A stretch of 60,000 nt of DNA. Origin: Callorhinchus milii (lineage: Eukaryota). The notes under the pieces were generated by a model. The model was not told the DNA's origin. It did no database searches and saw only the letters and a program-made list of their open reading frames with translations. Both the position numbers and the translations under genes were made by a program. Location: positions 1,800,001-1,860,000 of the forward strand of contig NW_024704742.1 in the NCBI RefSeq assembly GCF_018977255.1, in the 5' to 3' direction. Shown here piece by piece: positions 1 through 10,745 of this stretch (within the stretch, counting starts at the first letter, position 1; every line of letters begins with the position of its first letter).

Positions 1-349
1 TTGATGACAACTTTATTAACATTCCCATCATGAGACTGACATATTTCCGCGTCTCCTGCTGGAGCAGGAGGTGAGCTCTGCAGCGGCGTAATACGAACCA
101 TCCAATGTTCTAAAATCCGACTTTAATCAACACTGATAGCCTTTAAATACCGCGGTGCCGGTGAAGGGGAAAGAAAATAAGGGAATCTTTCTTTTCAATT
201 TGTTTGCGCACGACAGCAGGTTCACTAATTCACTACGCCTGGTTGTTGCAGGACATTTTTCAATCAAAACGAAAGCAGAAACCAGACTCTCCGTACCTGC
301 TTCGGTCTGATTTGACAGCAACTTTATTGATGTGGTTTTAAAAAAAAAA

Positions 350-852
350 TGTCTTTCACTTCATGGCTATTTGTGGGACACTAATGTTTCCAAAATTGGG
401 TACTGAGTTCACCTACAAATACAGTCACTACCCTTTGTAGCAAAATAATATAATAATAATCCTTACATTTGGTACAGCCCTTTTTTACTTGTCAGGTGGA
501 TGTCCCAAAGCACTTCACAGGATTTACTGTTGAGTGCATAATTTGTAGGTGAACACAGCTATGTCCCACAAACAGCAGTCATGTGAATGACCAATTTAAT
601 TTGGGGGATTGTTGGCTAGGACACCAGGAGAAACTTCCTTCTCTTTTCGAATAGCGCCATGGGATCTTTGACGTCCAAATGAGCACGCAGACCGAACCTC
701 AGTCTAACGTATCATCCAAAGGACGTCGCCTCCGACAATGCAGCGCACCCAACACTGCATTGGAGTGTCAGCTTGGATTCTGTGACTTCTTGTAAAGTAC
801 TTTGAGACGCCTCAACAACACGAAGGATTGCTATTTCAAATCTATTATTATT
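350..852 (+). mobile_element. SINE 3' half, split into 350-440 and 786-852 by a nested opposite-strand SINE
   Basis: CACTTCATGGCTATTTGTGGGACA...CTACAAATACAGTCAC at 358-428 resumes at ~786 as TGTAAAGTACTTTGAGACG...TATTATTA. This is the module order seen in intact copies elsewhere in the window. Confidence 0.6.
443..785 (-). mobile_element. Deu-domain SINE (SacSINE1/AmnSINE-like), 5'-truncated
   Basis: The reverse strand reads CTGACACTCCAATGCAGTG...TTTGGATGATACGTTAGACTGAGG...AAAGATCCCATGGCGCTATTCGAAAAGAGAAGG...TCCTGGTGTCCT (Deu core), followed by the shared 3' body and an (ATT)n tail. Confidence 0.8.
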
Positions 853-1235
853 TGAGCAATAAAACAGTATGCAACTTGAACATATTCAAACTATTCAGGT
901 CCAGCAGCACTGAAATCACTGGCCCGGCCCGTGTGCAATTAATTCACAACTGTTAGATCTTGTGTTTTGCTTTTCTTTGTATTTTTATTTGCAGCTTCTC
1001 CTCAGCTGCCCATCTGAAGTGCGCTGTGTTTGTACTGAATACTTGGCGGTGCTGGTGAGCAGCCAGGCTGAAGCTCGTGTCCTAATACTTCTTTGAGGTG
1101 TTGGTTTGAAGACCACCTTGTTGTAATATCAACCCAGTGGCTGTGAAACTCACTGGGCTCACTCCCTGTAGTCCATTATAAGCTCTCACTGGCTCAGGTC
1201 CACCACCCCTTCGTCAGAACCCAATTCTAGCCTTA

Positions 1236-1370
1236 ACCCAGTTCTGACGAAGGGTCATGGACCCGAATCGTTCACTCACTTTCCTTTCTCCATAGATGCT
1301 GCCTGACCTGCTGAGTGTTCCCAGCCATTTCCGTTTTTGTTTTCAGGTTTCTAGCATCTGCAGTATTTGC
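1236..1370 (+). mobile_element. Penelope-like element terminal (pLTR) fragment with a degenerate minimal hammerhead motif
   Basis: GTTCTGACGAAGGGTC..GACCCGAATCGTT...CTCCATAGATGCTGCCTGACCTGCTGAGT...AGCATCTGCAGTATTTGC matches my recollection of chondrichthyan Penelope-type ends. The CUGANGA/helix II/GAA core is visible. Confidence 0.65.
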
Positions 1371-2059
1371 AAGGATTAATATAACACATTTGAAGCAGGC
1401 TCACTCTGGAGTACTCTAATGCTAGGAAGTGGAAGCCTAAAATGAGATACTAATCTATCAGAGTCCAATAGTTTCAATCCCTTAATTACCTTATTAAAAA
1501 CCTTTCTTTAATTCAAGCATAATAACCTCTCATTTTACTTTGAATAAACTCACCAAATGCTGTCAGCTCCTGAGGTGCAGAGAGCACATATTCATTCCCT
1601 ACATAAAAGGATTGTAGATTTCGGCTTTGTGTATAAGGCATAAACATGCCCAATTTGAAATATAAGTTGTCGATTTCCTCTCATTTCCTTTCCTCTCCAA
1701 CTCGTGTTAGCCTTTGTTTCCAATGGGCAATGGTCACCCGAGTGTGCCTATCCTTCATGCATCAGTGTAGACAGTGTCAGCAAGGCAATTCAACCATGAG
1801 GACATTATGGCCAAAACTGGCCTTGCCCTTATTTGACATCTACACAGAACACTTTCAAGTTGGGGAGGAGGAGAGGTCACTTGATAGTTATCAGACATGA
1901 TCCAAGGCAGTTCCCCCCACCCATTCTCCGGTAAACTGCTTGTCCAGCCAGTAACTACCCTGCCCTAACCTTTCTGGCTTTGGCTTCCAGGTTTACCAGG
2001 AGACGATTGAGAAGAATCCCTAGTTCCCAGTGACCACCTCAGTCAATGAAAGGAAGCAT

Positions 2060-2290
2060 TTTTTTTTAGTACTTTATCACAGCAAAACATCCTCTTCACA
2101 GTCATTGTTGTCCAGTGTAGTGATTTTTGTGTAGGCGCAGGTGGCATCCATTTAGCCACAAACAGCCATGAGGCTAAAGACCAGTTTATCTGAATTCTTG
2201 TCAGTGCGTTTCCTCAGCACAAACCAGTGATCAAACCCGGGACCTTTGGTGGTCTATATTGTTGTAAGGCAAGTGACCCGGTAGATGCAA
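2060..2290 (-). mobile_element. Degenerate SINE with a different head and the shared 3' body
   Basis: The reverse strand has AGGTCCCGGGTTTGATCACTGG (B-box-like), then CTCATGGCTGTTTGTGG...CGCCTACACAAAA and a tail-like segment. Confidence 0.5.
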
Positions 2291-3594
2291 TGGGAGGGTA
2301 CATTGCGGGGTAAAAGCCCAGGGAGGAACGATAGGAGGAGGAGAGTGCAGGCCATGGGCTCTACAATAAAGTGAAGCCATTTCAAGCTTTGAGTGGCAAG
2401 TGTTTTCATTTGATTTGAGATGCATGTGGCTCTGACTTCAGCTGTGAACTTACCAGCTGAAGTAGTAGAGAAACTCTGGGACCGACTGTGTTTAAAAACA
2501 AGAGGAGTAAATCTTTGCATAGGGTGGATTGAGAAAACCAAACAATGACGATGACAATGATTACGTTTGACCCTCAAAAGTCATGGTCTACCTCGCTTGT
2601 GGAGATATCTATCAGATTATTGGGTTGTCTATGACATTTACTGTGATAGCGACCTGTCAGAAAGCTTAGGAAAAAGGATTGAGTAACTCTGAAACATCTA
2701 TTGATCAGATCTCCCATGTGTGGAAACAACATCAAATGGTTGTACGTTATGATTTTGTGAGAAAAAAAATGTTTAATATTATTTGCTTTTGATATAGTGC
2801 CTTTCACGTCGGCCATATCTCTCAAAGTGCTTCACAGGATTCATTGACTGTATTTTTGTAGGCGAATGTGGGGGGGAGGGGGGAGGGTTTGGGGGTTAGA
2901 GGAGGACATGCTCGTTAAGGTGACACTGCTCATATCACCACTATTCGGATCTTCGCAATAAATGTACTCTTTGAGCAGAAGCAACAGCTGCATCTTGTGT
3001 CTTTCAAATACAAATCATCCAAGTTGTCAAATCCTAGTATCCGTGTTATTTGGGGTATTAAAGTTGATGGATTTACCATTGCCTGGATCGAACTATTAGA
3101 TTGCTGTAAAGTTTAGCTGAATTGAGCGCGGTAATATCAGGCTTTCTGCAACCCATGGTGCATTGATTGGGAAATAAAGGCAGTCAGGCGAATGGGTTAT
3201 TAAATGCTATTGATCTGCTGAACAGATTGGAAGCTTGTGTATATACAGGAGATATGATGGGCTGTCATCTGGAAAGTGTACGGGTCAATAACTGTATTCA
3301 CCATATTCTCTCACCCTTCATAACTGTTGCTTGATGCTCATCACTTCTCTCTGTAGCGATTAACTTCTGCTCCATTTCTGGTTTTGTAGCATAGACTGAT
3401 ATTGGGCTCGAAATTGCACGAATAAACGCTAATAGCAAGTTTGAGTCACAAAGATTGACTTCTGCTGGGAACCTGAAGCGTATCCATGAGAGCCGAAGGG
3501 CCTTTTTCATTTCTTCAGCCAAGCCGATCTCTCATTATCTCGCGATCTTGGGGGTTCTGGTGAAGTGGATTGCAGGTCGGAGTGGAGTTCCTCT

Positions 3595-3668
3595 TGATCT
3601 GGGATCAGATGGACTGAAGGGCTTCCTCCATCCAAACCGATCTTGTGATCATTTTGTGACCTTGTGAG
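3595..3668 (+). mobile_element. CR1-type LINE 3' tail
   Basis: GATGGACTGAAGGGCTTCCTCCATCCAAACCGAT followed by (CTTGTGA)-type repeats. The same tail ends the CR1 fragment at 5195-5400 (-) and occurs at ~47730-47780. Confidence 0.6.
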
Positions 3669-4189
3669 GTGGATCGCATACCTGAGCGGAGTTCTCAGGG
3701 GTGGGTGTGACCAGCTTTTGTTTATCCACGTCATTGTGGATTTGATTCAGGCAGATCCTGTGCTGTACTAACCGAAGACCTTCAAACAGCGACCTCAATG
3801 CTGATTCAGATCGAGGGTCCCGAGATGCCCCTACCACATTTGCATGTAAAACTTTTGTGTTTAATAGTAGTTGCGAAAGTTTATTTCATGAGAAAGCCAC
3901 TACATAGAAAAAGCAACAAAGAAAGGGTCTGATCCACCTCTCACCACAATCAATCCATCGCGTACCTCAGTCCATTTGGCCTGAAGCAAAAATGCCAGAT
4001 CACAAAGAGAGAGAGCAGAAAAGGAAACATGGTCAAAGAATTCTTCGCACACTTCAAAAAGTCGGTGTCCCTTCACACTAAATTGTACAACGTCTGAAGC
4101 AAGCTCTCAGGGTCACTTTCTTTGGTGTGGATTCTGTACTCATTAGCTGAGGATTATTCGTATGGGAGAATAGCACATGTTTCCATTTT

Positions 4190-4866
4190 AGTCAGCCTCC
4201 AACTCCAGGTCCGACGCAGCACAGTGAGCAGTCATTCAGAACTCTGCAGCTCGTGTACTGTCCCGCACCAGGCTTCGGGACCACATCACTCCCACCCTTG
4301 CTCGCCTCCGCTGGCTCCCCATCCCCCAGAGGATTGATTTCAAGATCCTCATCCTCACCTACAAGGCCATTCACGGCCTCGCTCCCTCCTACCTCTCCGA
4401 CCTACTATGCCCCTACCTACCTGCCCGTACCCTCCGTTCCTCCGGCTCCGGTCTGCTCCACGTCCCCCGCCCCAACCGCCCTACCATCGGTGGTCGGGCC
4501 TTCAGCCTCTCAGCCCCCAGGCTCTGGAACTCCATCCCCAGTGCCTTCGCCACTTCCTCCCTTTCCTCCTTCAAGGCCGGTCTCAAAACCTTTCTCTTTG
4601 ACCGTGCCTTCAGCTCCCCTCTCGACTCTCTTCCCCCTCCTCGCTCCCTCCCTTCCCTCCCCTCACCCTGACCATTCCCCCCTCCTCGCTCCCTCCCTTC
4701 CCTCCCCTCACCCTGACCATTTCCCCCCTCCTCTCTCCCTCCCTTCCCTCCCCTCACCCTGACCATTTCCCCCTGCTCGGTCATGACCCAACTGTGCAGC
4801 GCCTTGGGACGTCCTCCTGACGTGAAAGGCGCTTTATAAATGGAATCTTGTTGTTGTTGTTGTTGT
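4190..4866 (+). mobile_element. L2-clade LINE, 5'-truncated: ORF2 C-terminus, 3' UTR and (TTG)n tail
   Basis: The frame from 4230 reads VIQNSAARVLSRTRLRDHITPTLARLRWLPIPQRIDFKILILTYKAIHGLAPSYLSDLL...GGRAFSLSAPRLWNSIP...SSFKAGLKTFLFDRAF, the canonical L2 ORF2 end. A 3' hairpin lies at 4798-4833, then (TTG)n. Confidence 0.92.
4633..4772 (+). repeat. Three tandem copies of a ~45-bp pyrimidine-rich unit in the L2 3' UTR
   Basis: The unit CCCCCTCCTCGCTCCCTCCCTTCCCTCCCCTCACCCTGACCATT(T) occurs three times nearly perfectly. Confidence 0.9.
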
Positions 4867-5194
4867 CATGTTTGAATTTTCGTGCTTTCGTCCTGTCGCC
4901 TCTTAGCAGTATGGCCTCCAAGCGGAATAATTATCTCCATGAACTTGGAGTTCTGCCCTGAAAGAGCAAGCATACAACGGATCTAAACTCTCCCTGACCA
5001 ATTATTCTGTGACCTGGATATTTAACCTGCTTTGTGCATTGCCAGGCAGAGGTTTCCAGACTAAAGAAAGCTTCGAGCCTTTTTCTTCCAACAGGCAACG
5101 CATTGGAGTACGCAAAAACTTTGGCACAGTAGCACAGTAAAATTGCTCCTCAGGAAAGTGACAATGTTACTGGCATCTCACTGCTGGAAAAAAC

Positions 5195-5400
5195 ACAAGT
5201 TCACAAGATTGGTTTGGATGAAGAAAGCCCTTTGGCCCATCCAATCTCATCCAACCAAAACACTTAACCTTCCTTCTCCCCCCCCTCCCCCCCAACCCAA
5301 TCAGAGCATCAAACTGTGTTTTGAACCAGTCGAGTGACCTCGCCTCAATCACGCTTCCTGGTAACCTGCTCCAGTAATGAATTACCCTAAACCTTATTGC
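5195..5400 (-). mobile_element. CR1-clade LINE 3' end
   Basis: ORF 5167-5427 contains RVIHYWSRLPGSVIEARSLDWFKTQFD, resembling the CR1 ORF2 C-terminal motif RV...WN.LP..V.E......FK...D. It is followed by a GATGGGCCAAAGGGCTTTCT tail. Confidence 0.8.
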
Positions 5401-5729
5401 ACCACTGTGTCTTTCCAGGTCTGTCACGTTGTCTTGTGAGATCTAGGTCCACCTCAATTTAAAATTGCCTTGGAGATGACGTCCGGCTATGTACAATGGA
5501 TTTCGTTGCTGAACATTCAAGATTGTCTAAGCTTTTGAGAGGGCACTGTATAAATACAAGTTGTTGTTGTCTTTCATCAACTCTTAATTTGTGGTTTGTA
5601 ACGCAGGGAAGGAAAGAGTGGTAAGAATCTCTAACCTACACATTTTCTTTTAAAAGGTGAAACCAAATGTGATTCAGGATGTTTTTTTTTTGGTATACAC
5701 TTGTGCGAAATTCATTCTTCACCCAACCC

Positions 5730-5965
5730 GCTCAGGTCAACCCGTGGCTCAAACATCCCGTGGCGCTATTTGAAAAGAGGAACGTTTCTCAGTCAATAAT
5801 CCACCAGGTAAAACTGGTAATTCACTTCATGGCTGTTTGTGGACCGTGGCTGTGCCGTGGGGCTGCCACACTCACCTACAAATTCAGTCAGTTCACTTTA
5901 CGGTTAAATCCTGTGAAGTGCTTGGAGATGTTCGAACGATGCGATAAAAATGCTCGCTTAAAATA
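5730..5965 (+). mobile_element. Partial Deu-domain SINE
   Basis: AAACATCCCGTGGCGCTATTTGAAAAGAG, then CACTTCATGGCTGTTTGTGG...TGTGAAGTGCTTGGAGA. Confidence 0.65.
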
Positions 5966-6874
5966 AGCATGTTTTTGTTTGTTATATCCGAGCACTGAAT
6001 GGTGCAGGTCACTAACTCCTTCCGCCTTAGTTGGCTGTGTCAACAAATACACCGCAAGATCTGTTCTTTGCGATAGGAACTGCAGTTGTAATTCAGTTGC
6101 ATCGGGTTAAGTGTACTTCATTATTTTTTTTTGAGGTGATCATGCGAGGTCCACAACTACTTTTCTCTACCCCGCCTCTTGCCCCCAAAAAAGGAGGACG
6201 CGGCTTTTTCAATATTCTGCTTTGAGCATCGAATAAACTGGTGGAAAAGGTCGTTCCCGTTTCCCTGTGATCCTCTGCGGGAGTGAGACTCGACGCTAAA
6301 GTTGCTGTTGAGTGGAAACTGTGCTCCTATTCTCGTATTCACCTGGGGTTGGCAGAGTCCTAAGATAAATCAGTGCCTGCTCGCAATCCAATTTTATTCG
6401 GCTAAGTGTTTGCTTTACATTTTAACTGTGTTGTGAAGCTGCCGTAGGAGAAATTGAAAATAAATTGATGTTCTTTACGTTTGTGATTTGTGGACTAAGT
6501 GTGATCCTGTCTCAAATTGATGGAGTTCAATTTATTTCCTGTGCGGTACCGTGCAGGGTTTGCTCTTAAGTCATTACTTTTTTGTTTTGTTCCTCCACTC
6601 TCATGGCAGCGGTGATTAAAATCATTCAACGTGTTACCGTTAGAGACATGTTGTGGGTCAGTCATTGAGTGGGAAAGCAGAGTTCATTTGTGGCTGTTTT
6701 CACATCCTTCTATGAAACATTGAACAGTCAGCAGCATTTGACTTAATTTCTCAGAACAAATAGCAGCCAACAAAGGTTTGACTGAAGGTAATGTCAAAAC
6801 ACTTGCCGGGCAGGATTTTTGAATGTTGTTGCATATTTATTTACCGGCACTAAACACCGGGATAAATGTTCTTA

Positions 6875-7195
6875 TAATATATAATAATAATAAACCTTGC
6901 GTTTGATAAAGCGCTTCTCACGTCTTCGAGACGTCTCAAAGCGCTTCACAGAATAGACTGTAAAGTGAATTGACTGTATATTTTATGGGCGAAATGCGGC
7001 AGCCGATTGCTTACAGCAGTGTCCCTCAAACACTCCTGGATTGAAGTGACCTATTTATTGTTTTTTTTTTCTTGAGGGATTATTATCAGGTGTGTGGATT
7101 ACGGAAACTTGCCCAAGGTTTTGCCCTGCCGGGAATCGAAACCCAGGTCACTCGCTTGCAAAGCGAGTGCTCTAACCACTGAGCTACAGGACTCC
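6875..7195 (-). mobile_element. tRNA-Ala(TGC)-headed SINE, full length, L2-type tail
   Basis: The reverse strand reads GGAGTCCTGTAGCTCAGTGGTTAGAGCACTCGCTTTGCAAGCGAG...TTCGATTCC (A and B boxes), GGGCAAGTTTCC, the shared body, an ACGTC-TCGAA-GACGT hairpin and (ATT)n. Confidence 0.9.
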
Positions 7196-7334
7196 ACAAG
7201 TTCTTAAGCAGAAACATTTAAAAGTTCTTTTTCCACTGTACTTATTCAGAATCCCATTCTTAGGCCTCTCCCCACAAAAGAGGTATTTTATAGTTGGAGC
7301 TTACTCTAGATCAAAGGACACTAGGACTGCATGG

Positions 7335-8085
7335 GCAGTTGAGGAGAGTCTTCAGGAATTATCTGAAAATGAGGAGCTCCAAAGCTTTGGGGCGCGATGG
7401 CTGAAATTATAGCTGCCGATGGTGGAGGGGATGAGGGACGAGCAGGAGACCAGTGTCAGATGAACGGAGGCAGCGGGTGGTGGAATGGGGAGTAATCAGG
7501 TCAAAGCGTCAGGGAGGTGCCAGGGCATGAAGGGATTTGTAGACAGGTGTGAGGATCTTGAAGTCAATACGTTCTGTGATAGGGAACCAGTGGAGCCTGG
7601 TGAGGACTAGTGTGATGGGGGTACAGTGTTTTGAGCGTGTGAATATAAGGGCGGCAGAGTTTTCAGTCAGTTGGATTTTATGGATAGTGGAGCTGGGGAG
7701 ACCAGCGAGGAGGGCATTGGAATAGTTGAGGCGGGAGGTGACGAAAGCCTGGATCAAGGGTTTCCCCTGCGTTGGGTATGAGGTATGGTTAGAGGCGGGC
7801 CATTGATGTAGATGGAGGAAAGCGTTCCTGATCAGCGATCGGATATTGGATAGAAAGAACCTCTGGGGATCGAACCAGCTGCCTAGCTTACGCACAGGTT
7901 CGGTAAGGCTTGGATCTCCCAGGGTGGTTGAGGAGGTCAGAGCCATAGGAGATAAGAAATTGACAGCAGCAAGGAGTAATGGCTTCCGTCTTGATGACAT
8001 TCAGCTGCAGGAATTTGGGATTCATCCAGTCCTTGATGTCTGATAAACAAGCGAGTGGTGTTTTGAAGCGGCGATGGAGTGGGCT
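7335..8085 (-). mobile_element. L2-clade LINE ORF2 fragment (RT C-terminal half), frameshifted
   Basis: The ORF track gives CLSDIKDWMNPKFLQLNVIKTE and, in another frame, LIQAFVTSRLNYSNALLAGLPSSTIHKIQLTENSAA...ITLVLTRLHWFPITERIDFKILTPVYKSLHALAP. Confidence 0.92.
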
Positions 8086-8479
8086 TGAATTTTTTTTAAG
8101 TAAGCGAGTACCGGGATCCACATCTCAACTGCGGTGTGGCGTGGACAACAGTATTGTGAGCACAGTTATCAAATCCGGTGCTTGGTAATGATGCTCTACA
8201 ACAGGGTTTCACTGCACATTACGTCACCTTCTATTGTTAATATTTGAGAAATTCAGGATGAAAAGTTTGTTTGTATTAATGTTTTTGTGCAATAAACCAC
8301 TGAGCTGCGAAAAGAATGATTTCCAAACAGTCGTTGTATTTACCAGTTTCCTTCCATTGTGCGCAAGCTGAAAATTACAATTCATCACTGGAAGCACAGG
8401 GGACAAGAATGCCAATTGATTCAGTGCTTTTGGTTACAGTATATGAATCTCCACTTTCCGATGCTATATCAAACGTCGC

Positions 8480-8590
8480 TTTAATAATGATCGTTGCATT
8501 TGATATAGCGCCTTATCAGGTCGTTGCGACGTCTCAAAAGCGCTTCACAGAACATACGGTAAAGCGAATCGACTGTATATTTTGTGGGTG
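8480..8590 (-). mobile_element. SINE 3' tail fragment
   Basis: The reverse strand reads ATACAGTCGATTCGCTTTAC...TGTGAAGCGCTTTTGAGACGTC...GGCGCTATATCAAATGCAA. Confidence 0.75.
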
Positions 8591-9894
8591 ATATCAAAGG
8601 GACAGAATGGTGCTTCTGATTGTAATAGCTGAGCCGAGAACATTGAATGTACAGAGACGGATCTTCAAAAAAAACCTGGCTTGTTATTTCAGAATTCAAG
8701 GACTGACATTATTTGCTATGACCAAGTCCCTCATCCTTTGGGAAGAAAATGTGGTTGTTCACTGTTGACTTCTAAGCGAACTATTTTAGTAAAAGGACAA
8801 AGCACGGTCTGTCTCACTGCTGAGGAGACGTCTAGGAGACTGGGGACTTTGAAGACACTGTTGTGCCTTGACATAACAAGATATGGGAACACACATGCAA
8901 TGACCCTTCTTTTTTTTTAAAACACAACGTACACTTGTAAGTGCGGCCCAGGAACACGGAAAGTGGGTTTGGGTTACACACTCGGTTTTATCCCTGCGAT
9001 GTGTTTTGACTCCCACTGTAGTGGATAGAGTTGTTTTGAACAGATATGTTGGACGCACAACTGTGTTTGCAGCTGCTGTCAGTGTTGATTTGCCTTTACT
9101 GACAAGGTGGTACCGGTGGGTATTTCTTTGTACTGGACAATTCTTGAAAGACGAGTGTTTTTCTAATTTTGCTTCTGTGCAATAGGTGTGTTTATTTCAT
9201 TGAAACTCGAGGAATAGTTTTAATTATCGTAGCTGTTGGTTGAGAAACCAGGGCTTTCACGTAGACCTTATGAACTTGATTCACAGTCAATGTGTGTTCA
9301 GATGCGGATCAGAAGGATTGAGTACTCAGCCACGCTGATATCTTGATGTTGACTCATCTACTTTCGAGTGGTTATCATTGCAGCCTGCAATGCTGTCCCG
9401 AGTAAAATGAGCCACCTGAAATAAAGACTAGGCAATGTCTTTACCCATTAGACCATCGAAACAGCTGTGTGAAGTACTGTGAGATACCTCAATGTCATAC
9501 GATAGCATATCATATGTAAGTCTTGTGGTAGTCTATTGCTACAACTTGTTACAGCTGAGTTGGTATCTAATTGCTAATGCATCAAGCCTCCAGAAACCCT
9601 AACTGTTTGCTTAGAATGAACTGAATTAATGATTTCCTTGGAACGTAGATATTAAAAGCGACAAAACCACAGAGCTGTAACTTGGGAGCACTATAGATGA
9701 CATCGGGATCACGATGAAACGCTGAACAATTTCATCGCTGTAGATCTTCAGATTTATTCTGCTTTCAGCAATTAATCAGTTTGGTGGGTATTAAAACAAA
9801 AATAAAATGTTCGACTCCATGCCTACGAATGGTGATTTGACTGCCGAGTGATGGCAGAACTCACTGCAGTGAATGATCACTTGATGGGTCTGAT

Positions 9895-10037
9895 CCATGC
9901 ACAGTTCCACACTGTTTGTGGGACACTGCTGTGTGCATTTGGCATCAATTCACTTTACAGTCTGTTCTGCGCAGCAGTTTGAGACGTCTCGAACACGCGC
10001 TAAGGCGCTATATCAAATGGAAGGATTATTATTATTA
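9895..10037 (+). mobile_element. SINE 3' half
   Basis: CTGTTTGTGGGACACTGCTGTG...TCAATTCACTTTACAG...GAGACGTCTCGAA...GGCGCTATATCAAATG..GGATTATTATT. Confidence 0.8.
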
Positions 10038-10569
10038 CGAGTCCTTCTTTGTTGGGGGGAGAATCCAAAAATGAATGACGCATTGAATAAATAAAATATT
10101 GAGGTTTGGGCCATGTTTCTGACCTCCTTTCGTTTACGCAAACCACACTTAGAACTTAGTTGTAAAAGAAGCTTCAAAATGGATCCTCTAGTTTAGTTTC
10201 TATAACATTGTAACATCAGGGGGCCATTAATGCCCTTGCGAAAAGGTGACTGGAAAACTATTTTTCACACATTTTCAAGCATAGAATGGGACGGCCTTTA
10301 ACCGTAATGAAAGCCCTCTGGGAAAAAAATTGCAACGTGCGGTGTGTTAATTATAACAGATGAAAATTGATAAATGTGGTCAAGGTTGCTGGTCGATAAC
10401 TAAAGATGGCTAACTGCGGTGTAGGGATTCTTCCCTCAGGTTCAGTCAGAATGTATCGGTCACCATCTGCCTGTGGCCTAACTTAACAAGAAAAATCTTG
10501 TTATTGACGGCCCTTGATGACTATATTTGTCACTGGTGATAATTAACACACGACAAGTCACGACTTTCA

Positions 10570-10745
10570 TTCCTTCATCCCGTGGTTCGAGTCTGGAGGA
10601 CATCCCAAGGCGCTGGACAATCGGTGTTTCGGACCCGAGCTGGGGGTCGAGATTGGGGAGGGTGGAGGGCAGAGAGGGAGGGTCTTGAGACGGGTCTTGA
10701 AGAAAGTATTCAGAAACCGAAGGGAGAAAAAATTCAGCAGGGCAG
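10570..10745 (-). mobile_element. L2 LINE 3' end, degenerate
   Basis: The reverse strand translates as FFKTRLKT and has a UTR ending AGCGCCTTGGGATGTCCTCC, homologous to 4560-4820. Confidence 0.65.

Noticed and set aside
4253..4784. Pro/Ser-rich 169-aa ORF and Gly/Glu/Arg-rich antisense ORF
   Set aside because: These are alternative frames of an L2 fragment and its pyrimidine-rich minisatellite, not host genes.
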